This document shows, piece after piece, positions 16,211 through 25,231 of a DNA stretch of 64,000 nt. How positions within the stretch are numbered: the first letter of the stretch is position 1; each line of letters starts with the position of its first letter. The translations under genes were made by a program, and so were the position numbers. The notes under the pieces were generated by a model that saw only the letters and a list, made by a program, of their open reading frames with translations, was not told the origin of the DNA and did no database searches. Source of the stretch: a virus; IMG/VR virus record IMGVR_UViG_3300044712_002679, positions 180,406 through 244,405 of that record, one strand, 5' to 3'.

Positions 16211-16678
16211 TTATTTTTTTGCTTTATCATCCAATACCATAAATATTCTTAAATCTTTTTGAAATTCAATAGGAAAGGAATTATATGTATCAATCATATC
16301 ATTAACTGATTGTTTTGTTATTGGATCACCATTAGATGAATTTTTTCCAATTTTCAATTTTTCGGAATCTTTTATAATTCTTCTTCTTAAATAATGATAT
16401 CGTACAATATTTTTAGTATAGTCTGATATAAATGGAATATTTTTGATCATTTGATATGATTTTTCTTCGTGATTAGTAAAAGAATACCCATCTTCATCTT
16501 CATCTTTTGCTGCTACAAAAGGCTTACCAATATCGTGAAGTATTGCAGCTAAATAAAATTTAGGTTTATTAGATAATATTGAATACCATAACACTAATAA
16601 TGTGTGTATTAATACTGAATGTTTATGATATTTATTTTGTTTCCAAAACAATGTAATGAAAAAAATTTTGAAATTCAT
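16211..16678 (-). CDS. HD-domain phosphohydrolase (paralog 2 of 3)
   Basis: HKHSVLIHTLLVLWYS and AILHDIGKPF motifs. Confidence 0.6.
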   Translation of the reverse strand: MNFKIFFITLFWKQNKYHKHSVLIHTLLVLWYSILSNKPKFYLAAILHDIGKPFVAAKDEDEDGYSFTNHEEKSYQMIKNIPFISDYTKNIVRYHYLRRRIIKDSEKLKIGKNSSNGDPITKQSVNDMIDTYNSFPIEFQKDLRIFMVLDDKAKK

Positions 16679-16680
16679 AT

Positions 16681-17043
16681 TTATAATTTTAATTTTTCAA
16701 TGATTGGTAATATTATATTTGAATGTTCGATATAATATTTACTTAATGTATTTCTTGCATTAAGTGGTTTATCTTTTTTTGAAAATCTAGCACATTCCCA
16801 ATCAATAATCATTTGAATATAATTTTTTTCTGATTTGATTTTAGTGTTTACGTGGTGATATGAATTTTTTCTATGTATTTTAGATATTTTTTTTAATGGT
16901 ATTGGGAAAAAAATATACATAAGCAATTTGTCTAAATCGTGTGTTAATCCTAACCAAGATATTTTACCTGTTAATTTTTTTTCAACAACTAAAAAATAAT
17001 ATTTGTGTTTAAGTGTATATATGATATGATTTAATCTTTTCAT
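16681..17043 (-). CDS. Hypothetical protein. It may be an N-terminal module of the adjacent HD protein (it contains LTHDLDK)
   Basis: 120-aa ORF separated from 16211-16678 by a single stop codon. Confidence 0.35.
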   Translation of the reverse strand: MKRLNHIIYTLKHKYYFLVVEKKLTGKISWLGLTHDLDKLLMYIFFPIPLKKISKIHRKNSYHHVNTKIKSEKNYIQMIIDWECARFSKKDKPLNARNTLSKYYIEHSNIILPIIEKLKL

Positions 17044-17094
17044 TTGTCATTTTTATTTTTTGCAAATATAAACAAAAAAATTAATATATAATGT

Positions 17095-17475
17095 ATGAAA
17101 CATTTAAAAATATTTGAAAGGTTCAAAAAAGAACTTATAATAACAGAAGATGAATTTGATGAACAATATAATTTGGTTTTGAATCATTTTTATGATAATC
17201 CAGAAGATTGTGCATTTAGTGGATATATGTTTGAAACATATGGAAAAGAATATGAATATATAATTTCTTTGGTTGAAAATCCTGAAACAGCTAATACAGT
17301 TTGGACAATAATTGAAGATGATGATCTTGATGAAAACATATATGTTAGTGGGTTTTATAATCATCAGATGGTTTTTGGATATTTGGTTACAGAAGAAAAA
17401 GTTCCTGATAATGTAAGAATTACAGTTGGTGATGATTTAGATTTAAGACGTAAAATGAAAAAATACAATATATGA
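17095..17475 (+). CDS. Hypothetical protein, CTS-like family (MKHLKIFERF ... KKYNI)
   Basis: 126 aa. ATGA overlap with the next paralog. Confidence 0.5.
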   Translation: MKHLKIFERFKKELIITEDEFDEQYNLVLNHFYDNPEDCAFSGYMFETYGKEYEYIISLVENPETANTVWTIIEDDDLDENIYVSGFYNHQMVFGYLVTEEKVPDNVRITVGDDLDLRRKMKKYNI

Positions 17476-17927
17476 AACATTTAAAAATTTTTGAAGAATA
17501 TATTTCACCTGAAGATTGTATATTTTCAGATGCATCAAGATTAGATGCGATGCAAGAAGTTTTAGATTCAATTGAAAATGGTGATTATGATAATGTTGAT
17601 GAACCTGAATATGATTGGTTATTGGATCCATATGATGGTTATGAAAAACAAACTTACATTCAATATAATCCTGATGAAGGTATTATTACATATTGGGAAG
17701 GATGGTCAAAATTATGTTGGGATGCATTATTTAATAAAAAAGGTTATAACGGATTAAGTAAAGAAGAAGCTACAAAAAATGTAGTAGAAAATAGGATAAT
17801 ACCATCAATTAAAAATGAATTTAAAAATTTAGAACTTATTGAATATAAAAACTTTTGGCATGAAACCTGGGATGATGATATTGAAGATGGTTGGATAACT
17901 AAAATTGATTTTAAAATTATTGCCTAA
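17472..17927 (+). CDS. Hypothetical protein, CTS-like family (MKHLKIFEEY)
   Basis: 151 aa. Confidence 0.5.
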   Translation: MKHLKIFEEYISPEDCIFSDASRLDAMQEVLDSIENGDYDNVDEPEYDWLLDPYDGYEKQTYIQYNPDEGIITYWEGWSKLCWDALFNKKGYNGLSKEEATKNVVENRIIPSIKNEFKNLELIEYKNFWHETWDDDIEDGWITKIDFKIIA

Positions 17928-17950
17928 TTCTCCCAATCAATTTCAGTATC

Positions 17951-18493
17951 TTAATATTTTAGTTTTTTTAATTCTTTATTTAAAATGTTATCTTTTTGAT
18001 TTAATTCTTTTTTTAATTTTTGTGCTGTTTTTGGGGACAATACCCATTGAATTTTATTTTCTATATATTTTGGCATTTTTTTGATTTCTGCATTAACTTC
18101 GATATTTTTAAAATAATACATATGATCTATTGCAAACCAAATTATATCATCATAATTGAATCCACTAGCCATTCCTAATAATATTTGATATTTTGTATCA
18201 TTTGATAATGATTCAATTCCTTTAAGTGGAAAATAGGAATAATTTAAATTTTTTAGTATATTATCAAATTCATTACAATTTTTATTATCTATACAATCAA
18301 CATGAATTGCCCAAACTTCATCATCTGTTAAACCAAATGGAAATTTATATTTTTGGGATAGGTTTGTACCAAAATATTCATCAAAATCAACAGCAGGTTT
18401 ATAATTGGTTGTTCTAGTTCTAGTATATTCAAAAACAAATTCAGTAAAATTTGTTTTATCATCTTTAATAAATTCAATAAAATTTGTTTTCAT
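17951..18493 (-). CDS. Hypothetical protein
   Basis: 180-aa ORF. Confidence 0.5.
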   Translation of the reverse strand: MKTNFIEFIKDDKTNFTEFVFEYTRTRTTNYKPAVDFDEYFGTNLSQKYKFPFGLTDDEVWAIHVDCIDNKNCNEFDNILKNLNYSYFPLKGIESLSNDTKYQILLGMASGFNYDDIIWFAIDHMYYFKNIEVNAEIKKMPKYIENKIQWVLSPKTAQKLKKELNQKDNILNKELKKLKY

Positions 18494-18507
18494 ACCTTAT
18501 ATATTAA

Positions 18508-18532
18508 AATTTTTTTGTATCTTTGTCCAAAA
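18508..18532 (+). promoter_or_regulatory. Candidate promoter TTTTTGTATCTTTGT about 45 nt upstream of the 18577 gene
   Basis: The same box precedes many minus-strand genes. It contains TAnnTTTG. Confidence 0.4.
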
Positions 18533-18576
18533 TTAAAACAACTTTACATCATAGAAACATTTAAAACTTACAAATC

Positions 18577-18873
18577 ATGACAACTTCACAATTTGACGCA
18601 AAAACAGGCAGCATGTTTACAACTGAAATCACTGATTTTAGCCATTCGAATAGAATAATCGGCGAAGGTTATTTTGTTATAATTAACCCAGATTCAAAAC
18701 ATGTTTCATTCTCAAAAGCTAAACATGATATTTGTCTTGGTGATATCGTAAGCGACATTATTCCTAATTATACAAATCAACAATATGCTAACGATTATGG
18801 TGATAGGCTAACTGGCATGGGTTTGACGGTAAGGGAATTTATGCAAAAAAATTGTAGAATGAACATTTTGTAA
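18577..18873 (+). CDS. Hypothetical protein
   Basis: 98-aa ORF. Confidence 0.45.
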   Translation: MTTSQFDAKTGSMFTTEITDFSHSNRIIGEGYFVIINPDSKHVSFSKAKHDICLGDIVSDIIPNYTNQQYANDYGDRLTGMGLTVREFMQKNCRMNIL

Positions 18874-18894
18874 TTATCGCTTAGAGTCTAAACA

Positions 18895-19167
18895 GTGCAA
18901 CAATTTATTAGTGAAATGAATACGAAATACACAAAGATAGAATTGCCTAATTTTGATTACGAATTTGAAAATTATTGGTATTATCGAAGAGGTGGATATA
19001 AGATAGACAAGAGAACAAGAGAAGGTAAGTCTATTGTTGATTTTGTAACAAGTATCAATCCATCAAGATGTATAGAAATCGGAAATATGTATAATATTCA
19101 TCCTGCAATGATCTACACATCTATTCGTGTAAGAAATGAATTGTTTACTTTTCCGTTTATAAATTAA
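18895..19167 (+). CDS. Hypothetical protein
   Basis: 90-aa ORF. Confidence 0.4.
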   Translation: MQQFISEMNTKYTKIELPNFDYEFENYWYYRRGGYKIDKRTREGKSIVDFVTSINPSRCIEIGNMYNIHPAMIYTSIRVRNELFTFPFIN

Positions 19168-19177
19168 ATAAAACCTA

Positions 19178-19930
19178 ATGAAAAAATTATTAGAAATATT
19201 GCGAACAAGTAAAGAACCTTGGATTGAAATTCAAGGGTTATTTGATAATGGTGAATTAAAAATAATTTGTCCAATATTGTATGATTTATCTAATACAGAA
19301 GATGGTCATAAAAATAATTTTTTGCATACCTTAAAAGTATTAAAAAATACTTGTGACAATAATTTTTCTTTTGAAATGAAAGTTACTGCATTATTTCACG
19401 ATATTGGTAAGCCAATTACAAAACGTAAAATTGGAAATGACTGGGCTTTTCATAATCATGAAATTGTTGGTGCAAATATGTTTCTTAAAATGTGTAAAAC
19501 TGAAAATATTGATGATATAAATATTGATTATATTTACCGAATGATTTTACATCATGGTAGAATTAAGATGCATAGGGATGTAACAGAATCTGCAATAAGA
19601 AGATTAAATAAAGAAGTTGGACCAGATATAATATTTGATGTCATCAATTTTAGTGAATGTGATATTACTACTAGAAATCAAGCTAACAGGGAAAGAATTG
19701 TGTCGGGGCTTAATGTTATCAAAAATAGAATTGTTGAAGTTTGTGAAAAAGATGAATATGATTCTTGGAGATCACCATTAACTGGACACGTTATTATGGA
19801 ATTGTTCGATAATAAAATAGAAGGTAGAAAGATTGGTGAAATAAAACGTGCATATGATGATATTCTCAGAAATGAAAAAATGACATTAAATGAAGTAATT
19901 AATGATATAAAGAATAAATATTTATTATGA
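19178..19930 (+). CDS. HD-domain phosphohydrolase (paralog 3 of 3). It resembles the HD domain of CCA-adding/tRNA-repair enzymes
   Basis: HKNNFLHTLKVLKNT and ALFHDIGKP motifs. Confidence 0.6.
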   Translation: MKKLLEILRTSKEPWIEIQGLFDNGELKIICPILYDLSNTEDGHKNNFLHTLKVLKNTCDNNFSFEMKVTALFHDIGKPITKRKIGNDWAFHNHEIVGANMFLKMCKTENIDDINIDYIYRMILHHGRIKMHRDVTESAIRRLNKEVGPDIIFDVINFSECDITTRNQANRERIVSGLNVIKNRIVEVCEKDEYDSWRSPLTGHVIMELFDNKIEGRKIGEIKRAYDDILRNEKMTLNEVINDIKNKYLL

Positions 19931-20268
19931 AACAATTAAGATTTACAACAACTGAACCACGTGGTATGTTTAGCATGATAGATACGATAGATACTGAATT
20001 ATTAGTAACAATTGATAATATTGGAACACTCAGTGAATATAAACCAAAAGGCTCCGGAGCATATATTCACGGGGACGCAGAAGAATTAGCTGGGTTTGAC
20101 ATTCCAATTTTTTTAGATGGGGATTATGAACAGCTAGATTTGCCAATCGAAGAACAAGATATTTTAATGATTTTACCATCAGGTAATTATCAATGTGTAG
20201 CTGATTTGTCATATAAAACAATGTTTGCAGATGAAGCGGATAAATATCTTTTAACATTAAAGGTATAA
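19927..20268 (+). CDS. Hypothetical protein
   Basis: 113 aa, ATGA overlap with the upstream gene. Confidence 0.45.
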   Translation: MKQLRFTTTEPRGMFSMIDTIDTELLVTIDNIGTLSEYKPKGSGAYIHGDAEELAGFDIPIFLDGDYEQLDLPIEEQDILMILPSGNYQCVADLSYKTMFADEADKYLLTLKV

Positions 20269-20283
20269 GAAAATAAATACCAA

Positions 20284-20345
20284 TAAAGAAGAATTTAATT
20301 TCTTCTTTATTGATATTTAATTTATTGATATTTAATTTATTAAAA
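20284..20345. terminator. Hairpin (aaagaagaatttaatttcttcttt) followed by the direct repeat ttgatatttaatttat x2
   Basis: Direct reading. Confidence 0.4.
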
Positions 20346-20369
20346 ATACCAAATAGCTTTTTATTTATT

Positions 20370-20897
20370 TTAATCTAAATTTCCATTTAAAAATTTTTCT
20401 TCAACAATTTGCCATTTATTTTTAGGACATGATCCACCATCTTTAAATGTATTTAAAGTGAAAATTTTTCCTTTTAATGCACACCCACAAACAGAACATC
20501 TAACATATAATTCTTGATTAAAAAGTTCTGTAACAGCTTTAAATTCACAAGAATTACAAATTTCTATTCTTTTTGCAGCTAATTTAGATTGATTTAAATC
20601 TGGATTGAAACTAATTTTCCAAGCATTAAAAATTTCTTCAATTTTATTGATAATTTTATTTGTAATATTTGTAGTATCTGGTAAATTAAAAATACTACCT
20701 TCATATACGATTATATTCTTATCATCATCATCATTATAATTATAATTAACTGATAATTTTTTAAAATTGTCGGATTGTTCATCATCATTAAATATACTAT
20801 TATTAACTTCAATAGATAATTTATTATCATTGATTAGTGATGTGAGTATATCAGTCACATCTTTTGTTCCATAAAACGCTGAATTTATTTTTAACAT
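20370..20897 (-). CDS. Hypothetical protein with a C-terminal Cys cluster
   Basis: CNSCEF...CSVCGC...GGSCP. Confidence 0.45.
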   Translation of the reverse strand: MLKINSAFYGTKDVTDILTSLINDNKLSIEVNNSIFNDDEQSDNFKKLSVNYNYNDDDDKNIIVYEGSIFNLPDTTNITNKIINKIEEIFNAWKISFNPDLNQSKLAAKRIEICNSCEFKAVTELFNQELYVRCSVCGCALKGKIFTLNTFKDGGSCPKNKWQIVEEKFLNGNLD

Positions 20898-21922
20898 ATT
20901 CTATTATTATTTTTTTTAATATTTCTACTATATCCATTATTTAGATGATTTTTAAATAATTCATCCATAAATTTTTTATTTTTAGCAACGTTAAAATGAT
21001 TAGGATCACATTTTCTAAAATCTTTACGGGTTGCATATTTATTTGCTTCTTCTTGTAATATATCAATTGTCCAATAATTCATTTTTTTCTTGTTTTCGTT
21101 ATATCCATTATTTGGATGATTTTTAAACAATTCATTTAATATCTTTTTGCTAGATGCAATTATATATGCTGACATATTATTTATCATAAAATCATTTCGA
21201 TTTTGATATTTATTTGCTTCTTCTTGTAATCTTTTTTTGCTCCATTTTTTTATAGCACCACCTAAATTTCCAGGTTTCATTCTATTTAGTAATTCCCATT
21301 GATTATTCTTATAATAATTTACCCAATATATTTCTTGTGATCTAGCATTATTAGAATCTAAATTATCCTTTAATATTTTATAATTTGGACAGGATATATT
21401 ATATTCTTTTGTAAATTTAAACAATGGATCTCTATCATCAAATATATGTTCAGTGTCCCGTCTTTTGATATTATTGGTTAATCCAATATAGACTTTATTA
21501 TATTGTGGCAATTCGTATGCATATACGACATAACGATTTTCTATCCATTTATCATCAAGATATCCGAAATTGATATGATTTTTAAATAGTTCATCTAATA
21601 TTTTATATTTACAAGCATATTCATATGCTGCGTAATAATATTTTTTAAATTCAATTCTTGTTTTACATTTATTTGCTTCTTCTTGTAATTTTTCTTTAGT
21701 CCAATATCCAATTGGCTTTTTATTTGAATATCCACAATTATTATGATTTTTAAATAGTTCATCCATTAATTTATTTTTTAAAGCAATATTCGCACAAGAT
21801 GCATTATTTTTCCAAAATTCCCCTCTTGTTTTATATTTATTGGCTTCTTCTTGTAATTTTTCTTTTGTCCAATATCCATTTGGTTTCTTCATAATATAAT
21901 TTCTTTTTTTAAAAGTCCACAA
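20891..21922 (-). CDS. GIY-YIG nuclease flanked by four copies of an approximately 40-aa repeat (WTKEKLQEEANKY.R.EF)
   Basis: VVYAYELPQYNKVYIGLTNNIKRRDTEH is a GIY..YIG..R..E core. Confidence 0.65.
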   Translation of the reverse strand: MWTFKKRNYIMKKPNGYWTKEKLQEEANKYKTRGEFWKNNASCANIALKNKLMDELFKNHNNCGYSNKKPIGYWTKEKLQEEANKCKTRIEFKKYYYAAYEYACKYKILDELFKNHINFGYLDDKWIENRYVVYAYELPQYNKVYIGLTNNIKRRDTEHIFDDRDPLFKFTKEYNISCPNYKILKDNLDSNNARSQEIYWVNYYKNNQWELLNRMKPGNLGGAIKKWSKKRLQEEANKYQNRNDFMINNMSAYIIASSKKILNELFKNHPNNGYNENKKKMNYWTIDILQEEANKYATRKDFRKCDPNHFNVAKNKKFMDELFKNHLNNGYSRNIKKNNNRIC

Positions 21923-22171
21923 TCTTTCATATCTTTATATATTAAATATTCAACATATTTAGATTTATTTTCGAATTTTTCTTCAAGGAAATCATAGACT
22001 TTAGTATCCAATGATATTGATACTTTTCTTTTTGTTATTGGTTTTTTCATTTATTTGGTATTTTTATAGTATATATAAATAAAATAAAGTCATATTTTGC
22101 TATTTTTTAAAAAAATTTTATCTATCTTTGTGCTTTATTTAAATCATTAATAACAATTAAAATTAACAACT

Positions 22172-22843
22172 ATGAAGAAACTTATTATTTTTATGATGTT
22201 ACTGATTTGTGCAGTCAGTCTAAACGCACAACAACAAATTAGTGGATTTGGAAAATTGAAATTGGGAAATCCAATAGGATCATTCGTTGATACTATAAAT
22301 ATTAAAAAAATATTCACAAGAGATGAATATTTTGATAATTTATATCTTCATCCTACTTCTGTTCCAATTGAATTTGTTTCAGATACAATTACTGGTTATG
22401 TAGAAACTGATTGTTATCTTAATAAAAATGTTAAAACTATATATTTGCCAAAATTTCAAATACTTGAAAATTTAATTCTTAATAATGTTTATTTATCATT
22501 TTATAATGATAGCTTATTTGCTATTTCTGCTGAAAGAAATCAAGATTTGGAAGATGCGTTAAAATTAAAATATGGAACACCGAAAGAAGATGTATCTGAA
22601 AAATATGGAAATTATGGTAAAAATCAATTTTTTTTAACAACATACGAAAACGATGATTTTGTATATTGTCGTAGTTCAATTTACAAATATTTTGATAAAA
22701 ATTATGAAGCAAATTTCATTACAAATATTAAATTAAATAATAAAATAATAACAAATATTGTTGAAAATGAAGAAAATATAATTAAAAATAGAATAACAAA
22801 ACGTATCGACGATCAGAAAAAACAACAATTAAAAGATTTATAA
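22172..22843 (+). CDS. Secreted or lipoprotein-like hypothetical protein
   Basis: N-terminal signal peptide MKKLIIFMMLLICAVSLNAQ. Confidence 0.55.
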   Translation: MKKLIIFMMLLICAVSLNAQQQISGFGKLKLGNPIGSFVDTINIKKIFTRDEYFDNLYLHPTSVPIEFVSDTITGYVETDCYLNKNVKTIYLPKFQILENLILNNVYLSFYNDSLFAISAERNQDLEDALKLKYGTPKEDVSEKYGNYGKNQFFLTTYENDDFVYCRSSIYKYFDKNYEANFITNIKLNNKIITNIVENEENIIKNRITKRIDDQKKQQLKDL

Positions 22844-22860
22844 TTTGATTCGAAAATAAT

Positions 22861-22893
22861 AAAAAAAGTCCAAATTTATTTGGACTTTTTTTA
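22861..22893. terminator. Rho-independent terminator-like perfect palindrome
   Basis: aaaaaaagtccaaatttatttggacttttttt. Confidence 0.6.
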
Positions 22894-22939
22894 TTTTAAA
22901 CAATATCTATTTAATATAATATATAAAAAGAAAAACCTG

Positions 22940-23101
22940 ATGGGAAGACCTACAATAACAGATAAAAAGAAAACATTATCACTTTCTATAAATATTGAAT
23001 TGGATGAATTGTTAGATAAAGTTTGTGAAGAAAAAAATATCAATAAATCTAAATATATTGAATATTTGATTAAAAAAGATATTGAAGAACGTGAAAGATA
23101 G
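22940..23101 (+). CDS. Small ribbon-helix-helix (Arc/CopG-like) DNA-binding protein
   Basis: MGRPTITDKKKTLSLSINIELDELLDKVCEE...YIEYLIKKDIE. Confidence 0.4.
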   Translation: MGRPTITDKKKTLSLSINIELDELLDKVCEEKNINKSKYIEYLIKKDIEERER

Positions 23102-23489
23102 ATTATTTTTCAATAGTAAAATCGAATTGCGGAAATCACCAATTCATGGGTGGGGTGTTTTTGCAAAGGATGATATTGAAATAAATGAAATATTAGAAGA
23201 AGTACCATATTTAATTGTACCAATGAAAAAAGGTGAATTATCATCAATTTTTATTGATTATAGGTTCAATTTTCCAAGTGGTGATTGGAAATATCAAGTA
23301 TTGCCAGGTGGATTTGGTTGTTATTATAATCATTCAAATAATCCAAATGCATATTGGATAACTGATGAAGAAAATGATATTTTTTTATTTATTACATCAG
23401 CAAAAATTAATAAAGATGATGAAATATTCGTATATTATGGTGATGTAAATTATTGGCAAGATGGAAGAATAAATACTAATGTCAAATAA
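23082..23489 (+). CDS. SET-domain protein-lysine methyltransferase (vSET-like, minimal)
   Basis: KSPIHGWGVFA, YNHSNNPNA and EIFVYYGDVNYW align with Chlorella-virus vSET (KSPLGGYGVFA, FNHSKDPNA, ITISYGDDYW). Confidence 0.7.
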   Translation: MKNVKDRLFFNSKIELRKSPIHGWGVFAKDDIEINEILEEVPYLIVPMKKGELSSIFIDYRFNFPSGDWKYQVLPGGFGCYYNHSNNPNAYWITDEENDIFLFITSAKINKDDEIFVYYGDVNYWQDGRINTNVK

Positions 23490-23882
23490 TTATTCTATAT
23501 CATTTTCTGAAATTCTAATATTATCATTATAAATAATACACCCACAAATATTAAGACAATCTTTCCAAGTTTGATCTGATTTTTCCCATTTTTCCCAAAT
23601 TTTTTTACCCGATTTACCTAGTACCATTGTTATTGGTTCTTCTAAAGATGGATAATCAATTTCAAATTTGGATTGATCAAATTTGGAAAATGGTTTTTTT
23701 ATTATTATTGGTTCACCACCAATATCTTCTATGACTTCTATCGAATAATATTCAGCCATTTCTTTGATATTTGTCCAATAGCTAGGGGAATTTATACCAT
23801 TTTCAAACATTTTATCTAAATTTTTATCACTTGTGCCATGATATAAATAATATTCGGGAAAAGAATTAAAATCAGTTATCAT
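23490..23882 (-). CDS. Hypothetical protein
   Basis: 130-aa ORF. Confidence 0.45.
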   Translation of the reverse strand: MITDFNSFPEYYLYHGTSDKNLDKMFENGINSPSYWTNIKEMAEYYSIEVIEDIGGEPIIIKKPFSKFDQSKFEIDYPSLEEPITMVLGKSGKKIWEKWEKSDQTWKDCLNICGCIIYNDNIRISENDIE

Positions 23883-23914
23883 TATTTAATATTTTCTTGT
23901 ATATATTAAAAATG

Positions 23915-23930
23915 TTTTATATATTTGTAA
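23915..23930 (+). promoter_or_regulatory. Candidate promoter -7 box TATATTTG
   Basis: About 14 nt upstream of the ATG at 23942. Confidence 0.35.
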
Positions 23931-23941
23931 AAAATAAAAAT

Positions 23942-24220
23942 ATGAATATATTAAACAAAAGTGGGTTTTTAACCGATGAAGACAGAAAAGAACCATTAGA
24001 ACGTGGATGTGAATATTTTACGTTTAAAACTAATTTGGATTTATCTATACCAATTAAAGTAATTCCACATGGAATCAGAAATGAATATAGCATAGATCAA
24101 TATAGCAAAGATTTGGCTTCATTTATTTCATTTTGGACTCATTTTATTGCTAAAGATCTAAATGGATTTTCAGGGTTTAATAATGTTAAATTTGAATTAA
24201 TTGGATTTAAAATAATATAA
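23942..24220 (+). CDS. Hypothetical protein
   Basis: ORF 23897-24220 trimmed to MNILNK. Confidence 0.4.
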   Translation: MNILNKSGFLTDEDRKEPLERGCEYFTFKTNLDLSIPIKVIPHGIRNEYSIDQYSKDLASFISFWTHFIAKDLNGFSGFNNVKFELIGFKII

Positions 24221-24222
24221 TT

Positions 24223-24699
24223 ATGATGGGTCCTTGGAATACACGTAATGTGCCACCATTGAAAACATTGATAATACTTGGTGATGATGATTTCCAAAAA
24301 TTGATTAATGGTGAAGTTGTTGAAAAAGCTGGTGTTAAAATTGCATTGTCAGATATTGGATTTTTACGAATGCAAGAAATTATAGATAAAAATTATAATA
24401 AATCATTAAATGAAACTTATCCTAAACAACAGAAGCAATATGCTGATGTAGATTTTATTGAATATACCGACAATGATGATAATTACGTTGAACCCGAACG
24501 GAATTGTTCTGATTGGGTTGATATGAGGTTATATTGCCTATACAAAGGATGTAAACAATATATTAAAGGCAAGGAAGGTTATAATGGACTTTTTGTGACT
24601 GAAAATGGGAAACAAGCAGATTTAAGAAATCAATGTTGGATTTGTAAAAAACACGATCACGAAAATGAAACATTTGTAGATTTTAATGGAAAAAAATAA
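24223..24699 (+). CDS. Hypothetical Cys-rich protein
   Basis: 158 aa with CSDW...CLYKGC...CWICKKHDH. Confidence 0.45.
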   Translation: MMGPWNTRNVPPLKTLIILGDDDFQKLINGEVVEKAGVKIALSDIGFLRMQEIIDKNYNKSLNETYPKQQKQYADVDFIEYTDNDDNYVEPERNCSDWVDMRLYCLYKGCKQYIKGKEGYNGLFVTENGKQADLRNQCWICKKHDHENETFVDFNGKK

Positions 24700-24734
24700 A
24701 ACTTTTTAAAAATAATTTGCTAAGTATAAAAAGT

Positions 24735-24750
24735 TTTTCTATATTTGTAC
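24735..24750 (+). promoter_or_regulatory. Candidate promoter -7 box (ctatatttgtac) ahead of a short leader ORF and the tRNA-Gln trio
   Basis: TAnnTTTG match. Confidence 0.3.
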
Positions 24751-24848
24751 AGAATTAGAAAAAAGTGGAAAAAAAAGAAATATATATAATACGAAATGAA
24801 AAATTTATCTAATAATATTATGATTCAACAACAACAACAGATTACGGT

Positions 24849-24930
24849 CTGATTGGGAAGAATCATGTCTTTTTTTTACCCAATCAGTGATGGTTGGGTT
24901 TTTTATTGCCCAAATTTATTTGGGTTTTTT
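24849..24930. terminator. Two consecutive hairpin/T-run elements
   Basis: ctgattggg...cccaatcag, then gcccaaatttatttgggtttttt. Confidence 0.4.
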
Positions 24931-24943
24931 ATTGATTTTTTAT

Positions 24944-25015
24944 TGCTTTTTAATGTAATGGTTAGCATATAACACTTTGACTGTTAGAGTCTTGGTTCGA
25001 ATCCAAGGGAGGCAA
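24944..25015 (+). tRNA. tRNA-Gln-like (TTG) with a G:U-rich acceptor
   Basis: Acceptor TGCTTTT/GGAGGCA, D-arm ATGTAATGGTTAGCAT, anticodon stem TAACA/TGTTA with loop CTTTGAC, T-arm CTTGGTTCGAATCCAAG. Confidence 0.5.
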
Positions 25016-25027
25016 CAAAACAAAAAT

Positions 25028-25098
25028 AGCCTTGTAGCATAATGAAGTGCTCCATCCTTTGAAGATGTAAGGTATCGGTTCAAGTCCGATCAAGGCTT
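25028..25098 (+). tRNA. tRNA-Gln (TTG)
   Basis: Perfect acceptor AGCCTTG/CAAGGCT, D-arm GCATAATGAAGTGC, anticodon stem CATC/GATG with loop CTTTGAA, T-arm ATCGGTTCAAGTCCGAT. Confidence 0.75.
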
Positions 25099-25099
25099 C

Positions 25100-25171
25100 A
25101 ATCTTTTGGTGTAATGGTCAGCATATAATTTTCTGAAATTTAAGATATTGGTTCGATTCCAATAAAGATTA
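25100..25171 (+). tRNA. tRNA-Gln (CTG), probable
   Basis: Perfect acceptor AATCTTT/AAAGATT, D-arm GTGTAATGGTCAGCATAT, anticodon loop TTCTGAA, T-arm ATTGGTTCGATTCCAAT. Confidence 0.55.
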
Positions 25172-25231
25172 CAAATGTCCATAGTGGTATTTTTTCGATA
25201 TTTTTTATTTATATATAAATAAAAAAACACT

